38,746 nucleotides of DNA from a virus. Taxonomy: Duplodnaviria; Heunggongvirae; Uroviricota; Caudoviricetes. Position 1 is the first letter of the stretch; each line of letters begins with the position of its first letter. Positions 1 to 7,400 of this stretch are shown piece by piece. A program made the translations under genes and the position numbers. The stretch is from the IMG/VR virus record IMGVR_UViG_2740892229_000013; one strand, written 5' to 3'. The notes under the pieces are model-generated. The model had not been told where the DNA came from, searched no databases, and was given only the letters and a program-made list of their open reading frames with translations.

Positions 1-49
1 ATGTTATTACCCGATCTCGATGGAAGTTATTGAGTGATCTCCTTTCATG

Positions 50-420
50 AAAATACGCAATTACCCAAACAGCGAAGAAACACCTGAACCACTGAAACCC
101 CAACGAAGCCTGTTACCGCAAGGATTCTCTCAATCCCAAAAGACACGAAACAGAACAATCACGGGAAACGCCATTACCCAATACACGAATAACTACAAAA
201 GCCCTTCACACTCCAGACAAACAACTCAAACACAATAACGAAAGGATTCGCCCACCTGCCATTACTCCATACACGGAGAAGAACAATCACCAAAACGACG
301 AGAACACCCCATAGAAGAACCACCGCAAAACTAACGAAACCACATACACCGACAGAGAAAACAACACACCCAATTCACCAACAGAAATAGTCGCCGTATA
401 GAACGTTCTGGAAGGAGTGA
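50..420. other. A/C-rich, T-depleted low-complexity non-coding segment with degenerate internal repeats
   Basis: Plus strand is almost only A and C over about 370 nt; repeated motifs ACACGnnnnAGAACAATCAC (143-162, 271-290) and GCCATTACnCnATACACG (170-187, 258-275); no credible ORF. Confidence 0.5.
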
Positions 421-598
421 GCATTAACGCCTATAGAGAGGTTGAGACAGATAAAACACGAAGAAAACACAACATGTATAGCGAAGAAGCCAGGTATGTA
501 TAAGTGGAGAGGGAAGGAGGGGTGTCGCCTCCTTTTTCGTATTTATTCAACTCCTGATTTTATCCCCCGTAACACCCCTACGGTCAGCCTTCGGTCCA

Positions 599-746
599 TA
601 CAGGGAAAAGGCTGCATCCCGCTACAGAAACGGCTGGGTTGCCTTCGGGGAACGGCTGGAGGTTTTCAGGGAAACGGTCGAGTTGCCTGTGTGGATTTCG
701 GGAGAAGGCTCGATGCCGGTTCAGGAACGGTGGCGTACCGGTATAG
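599..746 (+). repeat. Array of about 6 direct repeats, core TCRGGGAAACGGCTG, spaced 20-32 bp (iteron-like)
   Basis: Copies begin near 599, 623, 643, 665, 697, 721; read directly from sequence. Confidence 0.6.
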
Positions 747-1092
747 CGAGAGGGAGAGTTGCGGCTACCCACCTGTAATGTGCGGGAAGAAGAGAGGCGC
801 TCACGTAGGCGGACTTGCTTACCGCTGGATTCCCTCTGAATGCCCAGCTACAGCGTAATTGTGCCAGACAGCCAACGGGTCACAATCGATTTCAGTAGGT
901 TTTCGGGGAGAGGATTATTCTGCCCACCAGCCACTTTCGGCCACTAAATCAGAATAATGTAAAAAGTGTACTCGGTACTGAACCTGAAAACTCACTGCCA
1001 AAACCACATTCACCGGAATAAAATCCTTTTTCGCCTGTGCGTTATTGCGATAATAACACCATCAAGAAAACATGTTGTTTAAGGATTGCTTT

Positions 1093-1422
1093 ATGTTTGC
1101 AAATATCGACATCAACCAAATCAAGAAATTAACTCAAAAAGAGTTTGATCAGTTTTATGAGTTAGAAGGTTGGTCTTCCACTCTGATCAATTCGCGGTGG
1201 GTGCTTGAGCTGATGACTCGTGATGACGCACCTGCTTTGATGATTTGCGACATGGGTGAAGATGCTGACTTTATGGATATGAGCGAATTTTGTGTGGACA
1301 CATACAACCGCAGCCAGAAGTACTACTTCACATGCGATAGCGAAAATGACGTGATTTCTAAGGTCTATCTTCACCTCGTCCAGCATTGGGACGTTCAGGA
1401 GTTTCTTGAGGTATTCGCGTAA
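1093..1422 (+). CDS. hypothetical early protein (about 110 aa)
   Basis: ORF track 1072..1422; AAGGA at 1081-1085 favours ATG 1093; alternative start 1072. Confidence 0.5.
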   Translation: MFANIDINQIKKLTQKEFDQFYELEGWSSTLINSRWVLELMTRDDAPALMICDMGEDADFMDMSEFCVDTYNRSQKYYFTCDSENDVISKVYLHLVQHWDVQEFLEVFA

Positions 1423-1551
1423 TCCCAACCAAAGCCAGCATTGCTGGCTTAATTTCTCTATAGCCGCTGGGAGGAACCTGCATATCGATCATGCACCTGA
1501 TCATTATGCTTTGTAGCCGTTTTCTTACTGGTATTATTTACGCCATTTAGA

Positions 1552-1564
1552 AAACAAGTTGTTT
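1552..1564. promoter_or_regulatory. 13-bp palindrome AAACAAGTTGTTT (candidate operator)
   Basis: Perfect 6+1+6 inverted repeat just upstream of RBS of gene 1576; identical copy at 12362-12374. Confidence 0.45.
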
Positions 1565-1575
1565 ACGGAGTTGTG

Positions 1576-1887
1576 ATGAAAAAATCATTGGTTCTTGGTC
1601 TGGACAAAGACCAGAAGAGAAAAGAGAAGCCTGCACTGGTTGCTCAATTAACTTTGCTAGACATCGTTGCCAATGGAACCTCTATTCGTCTGTTCCGTGA
1701 AACAGCGGTGTCTTTCGATAAAAACACCTTTACTCGTTATGTAATGAATGTTCGTCGCCAGCGTGGAAAAGGCTGGATGGCATTTCAAAGAATGTGGCCG
1801 GAACATCAGCTCGAACTGGCTTTGATGGAAGTTAACCGCGTGGCCCAGCAAGAAATTCAGAGAGCATCAGTGATGGCAATAGCCTGA
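1576..1887 (+). CDS. hypothetical early protein (103 aa)
   Basis: ORF track 1573..1887; GGAG 1567-1570 then ATG 1576; followed by terminator. Confidence 0.5.
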   Translation: MKKSLVLGLDKDQKRKEKPALVAQLTLLDIVANGTSIRLFRETAVSFDKNTFTRYVMNVRRQRGKGWMAFQRMWPEHQLELALMEVNRVAQQEIQRASVMAIA

Positions 1888-1921
1888 TAATGTGCAAGTG
1901 GTAATTAGTCGACAGTACGAC

Positions 1922-1949
1922 AGCCCCGCCATCCTTACGGGGCTTTTTT
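1922..1949 (+). terminator. rho-independent terminator
   Basis: GCCCCG (1923-1928) / CGGGGC (1938-1943) stem followed by TTTTTT. Confidence 0.7.
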
Positions 1950-1954
1950 GTATT

Positions 1955-1970
1955 GTAAGTACATACTTAC
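1955..1970. promoter_or_regulatory. palindrome GTAAGTACATACTTAC (AGTAAGTA-family site)
   Basis: Perfect inverted repeat GTAAGT/ACTTAC between terminator and gene 2014. Confidence 0.45.
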
Positions 1971-2013
1971 GATCATAGAATAGAAAAATAACCAAGACAC
2001 TACGGAGAGTGAA

Positions 2014-2409
2014 ATGACCGTTAAACGCGAAAAACTGACAGTTGATGTTTACTATGCCTCTGAAACCGCCGAAGGTAAGAATGTGGCAAAAATCACCGTT
2101 GTTACGTACAACACCGAAACTGGTGCCGAAGTCCAGGCCAGTACGATCGTGCGTAAAGGTGATGCCTCCGGCGGCGAGTACGCGACTCAATACCAGTCCA
2201 TTCTCGATGCAACTGACCCGCTGCTGCTGAAAATCGAGAACTACTTCCGCCAGGTTGATGAAGAGGTGTTTGAAACCATGATGAATATGGTTAACACCGT
2301 ATTCGCCTCCAGCCTGAACACCAGCACCACCTGGATTGGCCAGTACGGTCTGCGCATTACCTCTGGCATTCCTGCCGACACCTTAATCCCTGAAAGCGTA
2401 TTCGCTTAA
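2014..2409 (+). CDS. hypothetical early protein (131 aa)
   Basis: ORF with RBS ACGGAGAG 2002-2009; followed by terminator. Confidence 0.55.
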   Translation: MTVKREKLTVDVYYASETAEGKNVAKITVVTYNTETGAEVQASTIVRKGDASGGEYATQYQSILDATDPLLLKIENYFRQVDEEVFETMMNMVNTVFASSLNTSTTWIGQYGLRITSGIPADTLIPESVFA

Positions 2410-2418
2410 TCCTCTTTA

Positions 2419-2447
2419 AATGGCGCGCAAACCGCGCCATTTTATTA
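2419..2447 (+). terminator. rho-independent terminator
   Basis: AATGGCGCG (2419-2427) / CGCGCCATT (2433-2441) 9-bp stem then T-rich tail. Confidence 0.7.
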
Positions 2448-2455
2448 TGCCCGAT

Positions 2456-2466
2456 AACAATTTGTT
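2456..2466. promoter_or_regulatory. palindrome AACAATTTGTT (candidate operator)
   Basis: 5+1+5 inverted repeat upstream of gene 2527. Confidence 0.4.
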
Positions 2467-2526
2467 TTCTGCCTTATCTGATTTGTGAAAATGATTTCAC
2501 TGAAGCAACTTAATAAGGAAACCATC

Positions 2527-2901
2527 ATGGGACTTGATATCTATATCGAGACACAGCCTAAAAACGATCTGAATAACGAGGCATCCAGAAAGCAGGTTGC
2601 TTACTTCCGTAAGTTCAATGCGCTCGTTGGGTGGATGGAGCGCAACGTAGGTGAAGTCGAAAATTGTGAGCTTTTAGAATTAACGATGAATGACATTTGT
2701 CTTCTGAAAGCTCATTTGATGCACATAAACGAAAGCAATTGCGAAGAGTACTTGCCTACTCGGGAAGGTTTTTTCTTCGGCAGTCAGGAGTACGACGAAG
2801 GTTACTGGCATGACGTGGATAAGCTGAAAAAACTTGTGGAAGACCTGATCAGGAACCACGACTTTCACAATAACAGACTGACCTTCTGCGCCTGGTGGTA
2901 A
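2527..2901 (+). CDS. hypothetical early protein (about 124 aa)
   Basis: ORF track 2485..2901; AAGGA 2515-2519 favours ATG 2527. Confidence 0.5.
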   Translation: MGLDIYIETQPKNDLNNEASRKQVAYFRKFNALVGWMERNVGEVENCELLELTMNDICLLKAHLMHINESNCEEYLPTREGFFFGSQEYDEGYWHDVDKLKKLVEDLIRNHDFHNNRLTFCAWW

Positions 2902-2903
2902 AT

Positions 2904-3047
2904 ATGGGCGATTTCAAGAAACGCCTGAAGGAAAGAGCCGAGATGGTCAGAAAGCAAAACGCCTCTTCTGTCATCAGATACGCAAGGCAGTTTAGTCGCA
3001 ACAACAAATCAGTTGAGGAAAAGATCCTTAGCGTAATCGGTCGATAA
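2904..3047 (+). CDS. possible small basic protein (47 aa), not in ORF track
   Basis: ATG 2904 to TAA 3045-3047, K/R-rich; weak RBS; followed by hairpin 3051-3078. Confidence 0.25.
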   Translation: MGDFKKRLKERAEMVRKQNASSVIRYARQFSRNNKSVEEKILSVIGR

Positions 3048-3177
3048 TTATTAAGGCCATCAGCATTGGTGGCCTTAAATGACCATCCTGTTTCCCGCAG
3101 GCTAAAAACACCAACCTCTTACCTCCAGGCAACCGACAAACCCACCTGTTCCCGTCCGGCTACCGCAACTTTCCACT

Positions 3178-3204
3178 TTGACGCCTTATTCGTACAACGA
3201 TAAT
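3178..3204 (+). promoter_or_regulatory. candidate sigma70-like promoter (TTGACG, 15 nt spacer, GATAAT)
   Basis: -35-like 3178-3183 and -10-like 3199-3204 upstream of gene 3252; spacer shorter than optimal. Confidence 0.35.
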
Positions 3205-3219
3205 TAACACAAACAAGAA

Positions 3220-3230
3220 AACAATTTGTT
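3220..3230. promoter_or_regulatory. palindrome AACAATTTGTT (candidate operator)
   Basis: Same 11-mer as 2456-2466, upstream of gene 3252. Confidence 0.4.
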
Positions 3231-3251
3231 ATTTACGATAAGGAATTAATC

Positions 3252-3734
3252 ATGAATTTTATCGCTACTGTAAACGCACCCGCACATGGCAATATCGCTG
3301 TAACGTTCTCTGACATTGAAAAACGAGTACTTGGTGCATGGCGCGACAATGAGACGGTAGAACTGTCAGCACAAGAAAAATGCATTATTGCACGCGACAT
3401 CATTGGCAATCGTCGTTACTCGCGGGTATTTGAGAAAGCGTATGTGGTAAATTCTGGATTCGGAACGTTCGTCTTTCCGGTGCGCTCCGGGCGATTCTGC
3501 CAGTCCAAGCTGATTGAGTTCGCTACGCAGATTTCTGTCTGGATTAAAACTCAATCGTCGTTCAAATTTTCCGACGATGAAGCAGTATCGCAGGGGATGC
3601 GGATCGCCAACAATGCAATTAAATGCAAAAACATTACGTATACCGCTGGCGTTGATACATGGAAACTGTTTTGCGCTAACTTTATGCTGAATGTATACGC
3701 AAGCAACCGCATCCACATCCTTGATGGCGTGTAA
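3252..3734 (+). CDS. hypothetical early protein (160 aa)
   Basis: ORF with AAGGA RBS 3240-3244; terminator follows. Confidence 0.55.
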   Translation: MNFIATVNAPAHGNIAVTFSDIEKRVLGAWRDNETVELSAQEKCIIARDIIGNRRYSRVFEKAYVVNSGFGTFVFPVRSGRFCQSKLIEFATQISVWIKTQSSFKFSDDEAVSQGMRIANNAIKCKNITYTAGVDTWKLFCANFMLNVYASNRIHILDGV

Positions 3735-3736
3735 CT

Positions 3737-3768
3737 GAGAAGAGGGCCAGAAACGGCCCTTTCTCTAT
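3737..3768 (+). terminator. rho-independent terminator (imperfect stem)
   Basis: AGAGGGCC / GGCCCT stem with T-rich tail immediately after stop of gene 3252..3734. Confidence 0.55.
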
Positions 3769-3782
3769 AGCCACCAGCTGCC

Positions 3783-3946
3783 GCAGGGAAATTTTCAGAA
3801 ACGGCGAGGAACGTATTCGTGAGCCGACGGGGAACGGCCAGGATTTTTTCGGGAAACGGCTGCATTCGCCTTTGTGTAGAAAAAACATCGGGAAGCTGGT
3901 GGAATCCAACCAGCGGTTGTCGGACAGGTGAGCGGGGAAAATCATG
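3783..3946 (+). repeat. Second cluster of TTTTCRGGGAAACGGC-type direct repeats (iteron-like)
   Basis: Copies near 3783, 3795, 3826, 3848, 3887, 3930; same core as array at 599-746. Confidence 0.55.
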
Positions 3947-4272
3947 ATGACTTTCGTCGCCTGAGACATCCAGATTTCTTTCGTAGCGTAATCACATATG
4001 TGATTAAGTGGTGTGATTATGTGAAAAATCACGCGCACATAATACGCGAGCGGATACGGAACAAAACAAAATGCCGATCCGCGCCGACAATTAAACGCGG
4101 ATCACATAGCAAGAATAAAAGCCAATGATTAACCATACACCATAACGCAATATAACGCGATTTAAGCGCGTTAATGCGCTAAGTAATGGGTATGTACTGG
4201 TAAGGATATAGAAGCGCGTCTATGGCGTTATTTTGGCGCTTATTTTTATGTTGTTGGCTTGAGTCAAAGACA

Positions 4273-4297
4273 ATAAAAAAAGCGCCATCATTGGCGC
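4273..4297 (-). terminator. terminator for leftward transcription
   Basis: Palindrome GCGCCATCATTGGCGC (4282-4297); on minus strand hairpin is followed by TTTTTTT. Confidence 0.55.
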
Positions 4298-4327
4298 GTT
4301 ATGGTGGAAGTATTGGAAACGAAAAAA

Positions 4328-4344
4328 GCGCCCATAGTGGGCGC
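4328..4344. terminator. 17-bp palindrome GCGCCCATAGTGGGCGC, hairpin/terminator-like, copy 1
   Basis: Perfect 7-3-7 inverted repeat flanked by A-run and T-rich tract; identical copy at 4824-4840. Confidence 0.5.
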
Positions 4345-4350
4345 TCGATT

Positions 4351-4581
4351 TTATTTATGTAGACTGATTTCAAATCCCATTTCTACAAACGCTTTTAACA
4401 TTAAAAATATATCAGCGTCGTTCACGTCTGCTTTTTTTCGCTCCTGGTCGCTCAATAAGTCAATTTTGCGCGTCGTTTCATCTATAAGCTCGACTGCGCG
4501 CCCAGCGTAACCAGCGATCCCAGCGATGCGATTAACATAATATTCGTTATGGACGTTAACGCCAGCGATAAGAACAAACAT
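4351..4581 (-). CDS. hypothetical small protein (76 aa) in AT-rich island
   Basis: ORF with AAGGAGC RBS 6 nt upstream of ATG on minus strand. Confidence 0.45.
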   Translation of the reverse strand: MFVLIAGVNVHNEYYVNRIAGIAGYAGRAVELIDETTRKIDLLSDQERKKADVNDADIFLMLKAFVEMGFEISLHK

Positions 4582-4601
4582 GATTAAGCTCCTTAAAAAA
4601 A

Positions 4602-4805
4602 TTAAATAGAATTTTGAAGTTTTCCGATTAATGCGCTTAAACGTAAGTATTCACGTTTGCGCTTGCAATCTCGCTTGCTGTTAAGCAAATCAGAAAACGT
4701 AAAATTTAATTGGTCGCGTTGCGCGATTAAATCATCGATTAATTCCAGTTTATAAGCGCGATACTTTGCGCGATATTCCGCGCGGATCTTGTCATAGCTG
4801 ACCAT
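4602..4805 (-). CDS. hypothetical small protein (about 67 aa)
   Basis: ORF track 4602..4850; AAAGGAGC RBS favours internal ATG at 4805; upstream part of tracked ORF is the palindrome. Confidence 0.4.
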   Translation of the reverse strand: MVSYDKIRAEYRAKYRAYKLELIDDLIAQRDQLNFTFSDLLNSKRDCKRKREYLRLSALIGKLQNSI

Positions 4806-4823
4806 TTTCAAAGCTCCTTTAAA

Positions 4824-4840
4824 GCGCCCATAGTGGGCGC
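4824..4840. promoter_or_regulatory. 17-bp palindrome GCGCCCATAGTGGGCGC, copy 2
   Basis: Identical to 4328-4344; lies between co-directional minus-strand genes. Confidence 0.5.
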
Positions 4841-4853
4841 TTGATTCCATTAA

Positions 4854-5504
4854 TTACGCTTTGAAAGCATCAGCTAAATAATTGTAGAAATCATTTTTAA
4901 TGAAGCGATATTGCTGAGTACCAGCTTTCGCACTCCCAGCTCCTTTGACTTTTTCAACAAGTCCAAGACGTTCGCAAAGATTGATCAACTGGTTGGCTTG
5001 AGTATAGCCAGCGTCCAATTTAATTTCACACGCTTTTTTAGCTTCATTCATTAAATCGAAAACAGCGCCATTGGTGAACGTGTCGATCTCGTCGTTAATC
5101 ATATCGATTAAAGCGAATACACGAGATCCTGACATATCAGCGATGGAATAAACGCATTTACCAGATTTAATTGATTTAACCAGATAAACCAGTTTTTCCA
5201 GAGAATAACTATTAGTCATTGCATCACGGAAAAATACTTCTGGCGCTTGTTTGCTTGCTTTAATCGCATAGTAGAAAACAGAGCATAATTTTTCGTCTTC
5301 TACTGCGTTTACGACGTTGTTGATGAAGTAAGCAAGTTTAGTGGTCGCAGCTTGCATATTTGCTTTGTCTGCTTTAGTGTGCGTACCATTTTTATAATGT
5401 TCGTTATATGTTTGAGTTGCCAGATCTGCTTTATCGCGCAGCTCGTCGGATACAATAGATGCAGCTTCAATGATGGACTTTTTAGAAATGATAATGTTAG
5501 CCAT
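4854..5504 (-). CDS. hypothetical protein (216 aa), AT-rich island
   Basis: ORF with AAGGAAA RBS; no recognisable catalytic motif by eye. Confidence 0.5.
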   Translation of the reverse strand: MANIIISKKSIIEAASIVSDELRDKADLATQTYNEHYKNGTHTKADKANMQAATTKLAYFINNVVNAVEDEKLCSVFYYAIKASKQAPEVFFRDAMTNSYSLEKLVYLVKSIKSGKCVYSIADMSGSRVFALIDMINDEIDTFTNGAVFDLMNEAKKACEIKLDAGYTQANQLINLCERLGLVEKVKGAGSAKAGTQQYRFIKNDFYNYLADAFKA

Positions 5505-5744
5505 GATAATTTTTCCTTATGTAAATTTAAAATTTATTGTCGTTAGCGTCTTCGCTTTCGACGAGTTCAATTATCGATACGCGAAAAAAGATTGCAAGTG
5601 TTTTTTTTAAATTTTTTGCAGGGATGAAAGTCCTAGAAATAAAAGCGAGATCGTCGAAGGTGTTCCCTAAATAAATAATCGATTCCGGCTTTCGACCTTA
5701 TATATATTTAGGTTATTTGATTTGTAGATATAAAGAAGTGATGT

Positions 5745-5775
5745 GAAAAATAATAACCGGACTTAGCCGGTTATT
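5745..5775 (-). terminator. terminator of minus-strand helicase operon
   Basis: AATAACCGG (5752-5760) / CCGGTTATT (5767-5775) stem; T-run follows on minus strand. Confidence 0.6.
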
Positions 5776-5787
5776 AACCTTATAGAT

Positions 5788-6096
5788 TTATTGAACAGAC
5801 TCTACAGCCTTACGATTGGTGTCAAATAGCGCATCAACGAACTGTGCCGATGACTCGCTAGATTCGCAATCCAACATTGCCCGTTCTTCATTTGCCACTT
5901 TCTTACACAGTTCCACATTCTCACCTATCGCTTTTCCTGCTTTTACGGCTGCCGAAAATTGATACATGCAAACTGATACATTCTGAGACGTTGAGCACAC
6001 GTCATTCATCAGCGACTGAATGACAGGCTTATAGTCCATTGCATTTGCCGCAACTGAGCAAAGTAAAAATAATGGTGGTAACAATATCGATTTCAT
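5788..6096 (-). CDS. small secreted/periplasmic protein (102 aa) with N-terminal signal peptide
   Basis: N-terminus MKSILLPPLFLLCSVAANA looks like a Sec signal peptide; 4 Cys in mature part; start 3 nt after upstream stop. Confidence 0.55.
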   Translation of the reverse strand: MKSILLPPLFLLCSVAANAMDYKPVIQSLMNDVCSTSQNVSVCMYQFSAAVKAGKAIGENVELCKKVANEERAMLDCESSESSAQFVDALFDTNRKAVESVQ

Positions 6097-6099
6097 AAC

Positions 6100-6624
6100 T
6101 CAAAAAGGCAAAATTCGTTCAACCCAATCGAACAAAACAACTATTTTTCTACCGTTCTCGACACGTAGTGTAACCTGACAAGCATCTGCGCCTGCTGACA
6201 CCCCCTCAATTTCACGGCCATCCGCCATGTACACCCTTATAGATTTGTTTGCTTTGTAGGCTTGGTTGCAAATTGCAAAAAAATCGCGGCGTGATGGCCG
6301 ATTATCGACATAATCAGGGTGAACTGTTAGTCGACCTTTGAAATCGTGAGCGATACTGTCAACCACACCTGATTCAATTGTACTAATGCGTTCAAGTGGG
6401 AGCCTTATACGATTTTCTTTGTCAAAAGGGGCTGGGCAAAGGTCAACTTTGTTACGAGATGGCATGAGGCCATAAACGTACATGCAAAACGCCTGGCCAT
6501 CTTCGAGAGTGACCCTTACAGGAATTTGTTCTCTGCGCCAGAACATCAGTAGTTTTTCAACGTTAGTGTAATCTCGCGGCCAGAGTTCAGCTTGGATACC
6601 GTAGGTAATATCTTTGGTTGTCAT
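6100..6624 (-). CDS. hypothetical protein (about 174 aa)
   Basis: ORF track 6100..6702; ATG 6624 begins 4 nt after lipoprotein stop (coupled), so upstream extension rejected. Confidence 0.5.
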   Translation of the reverse strand: MTTKDITYGIQAELWPRDYTNVEKLLMFWRREQIPVRVTLEDGQAFCMYVYGLMPSRNKVDLCPAPFDKENRIRLPLERISTIESGVVDSIAHDFKGRLTVHPDYVDNRPSRRDFFAICNQAYKANKSIRVYMADGREIEGVSAGADACQVTLRVENGRKIVVLFDWVERILPF

Positions 6625-6628
6625 GTCA

Positions 6629-7093
6629 TCACAGAGTTGTTGGCAGAATGTCGATGTCACCAGAATTGCTGGTGAACACCCTGAACGCTTTTGTGTCTCC
6701 ATTCTTCAGAGTCGTTTCTCGCTCTTGACGAGCGGGGTTTAGAGCACATAAACCTGCACCTTCAAGAGATGCACCCACAATTAATTCTCCGGCATTTAAA
6801 TGGAAAGTCGCTTTTTCGCCTGTAGCCAGTTTTGCGACAGTTTCGCCATTGATGAAAATGGAAGCATCACATCCAGCTCCTACAAAACCTGTGTCTCTCA
6901 TTACCACCAACGTAGCTGGCGCTGCGCTTTGATACTTGAACACTTTGGCCTGCGGTGCTGGTTTGGCGTCATGGATTGATATTGGACGTGATTGGCACGC
7001 GGTAAGCATCAACACTGGTAACGTTAGTAGAGGGAGAAGCGAGTATTTCATGTTAGTTTTAGAACAGAAAGTGAACAGTATGGGAGACTTCAT
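6629..7093 (-). CDS. putative lipoprotein (lipobox LTAC)
   Basis: Hydrophobic N-terminus LLPLLTLPVLMLTAC-Q with lipobox; AGGGAGA RBS before ATG 7093; alternative start 7051. Confidence 0.6.
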   Translation of the reverse strand: MKSPILFTFCSKTNMKYSLLPLLTLPVLMLTACQSRPISIHDAKPAPQAKVFKYQSAAPATLVVMRDTGFVGAGCDASIFINGETVAKLATGEKATFHLNAGELIVGASLEGAGLCALNPARQERETTLKNGDTKAFRVFTSNSGDIDILPTTL

Positions 7094-7119
7094 CTTTGTC
7101 TCCCTAATTGATAGCGTGA

Positions 7120-7398
7120 TTATTTTAATCTGCTTAATAGCGTTTCGAGATCTTCCTTTGTCATATTAGAGTTCTCATAGATACGCATGATTTTCTCACG
7201 AGTCTTAGCGGAAGCCCCGACAGAAGATATAACCTTGTCAAAGTCGGCCATTGTCAATTGTTCCAGAATGGTATTAATGACTTCAGCCTTAGACATTTTG
7301 ATATTTTTTTCTTTTAGTTTCACTTGAAACTTTCCAAGTTTGTCATTGGCCTTATCAGACAATGCTACCTGACAGTAAGTTGTTTTCTTTTCACTCAT
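7120..7398 (-). CDS. hypothetical small protein (92 aa), possible DNA-binding
   Basis: ORF begins 2 nt after helicase stop. Confidence 0.45.
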   Translation of the reverse strand: MSEKKTTYCQVALSDKANDKLGKFQVKLKEKNIKMSKAEVINTILEQLTMADFDKVISSVGASAKTREKIMRIYENSNMTKEDLETLLSRLK

Positions 7399-7400
7399 AA

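Noticed and set aside
47-238. 63-aa ORF in the A/C-rich segment
   Set aside because: Low-complexity translation (Pro/Gln/Thr/Asn-rich) driven by base composition; no RBS.
599-746. Possible CRISPR array
   Set aside because: Repeats are degenerate and only about 12 nt long with spacers of about 10 nt; no cas genes; does not fit CRISPR architecture.
442-858. 138-aa plus-strand ORF spanning the GGGAAACGG repeat array
   Set aside because: Translation is Arg/Gly/Cys-rich and repetitive, mirroring the DNA repeats; no RBS; more likely a non-coding repeat region.
3366-4038. Minus-strand ORFs 3366..3716, 3551..3865, 3682..4038
   Set aside because: Antisense to or overlapping the better-supported plus gene 3252..3734 and its terminator; no RBS; mutually overlapping.
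3928-4128. 66-aa plus-strand ORF within the repeat/palindrome interval
   Set aside because: GTG start without RBS; basic low-complexity product; lies inside a region better explained as regulatory or origin-like; kept only as an alternative in findings.
4301-4510. 69-aa plus-strand ORF
   Set aside because: Antisense to minus gene 4351..4581, which has a strong RBS; begins inside the terminator palindrome.
6629-7093. Lipoprotein as a unimolecular spanin
   Set aside because: No C-terminal transmembrane segment and no adjacent holin or endolysin in the window.
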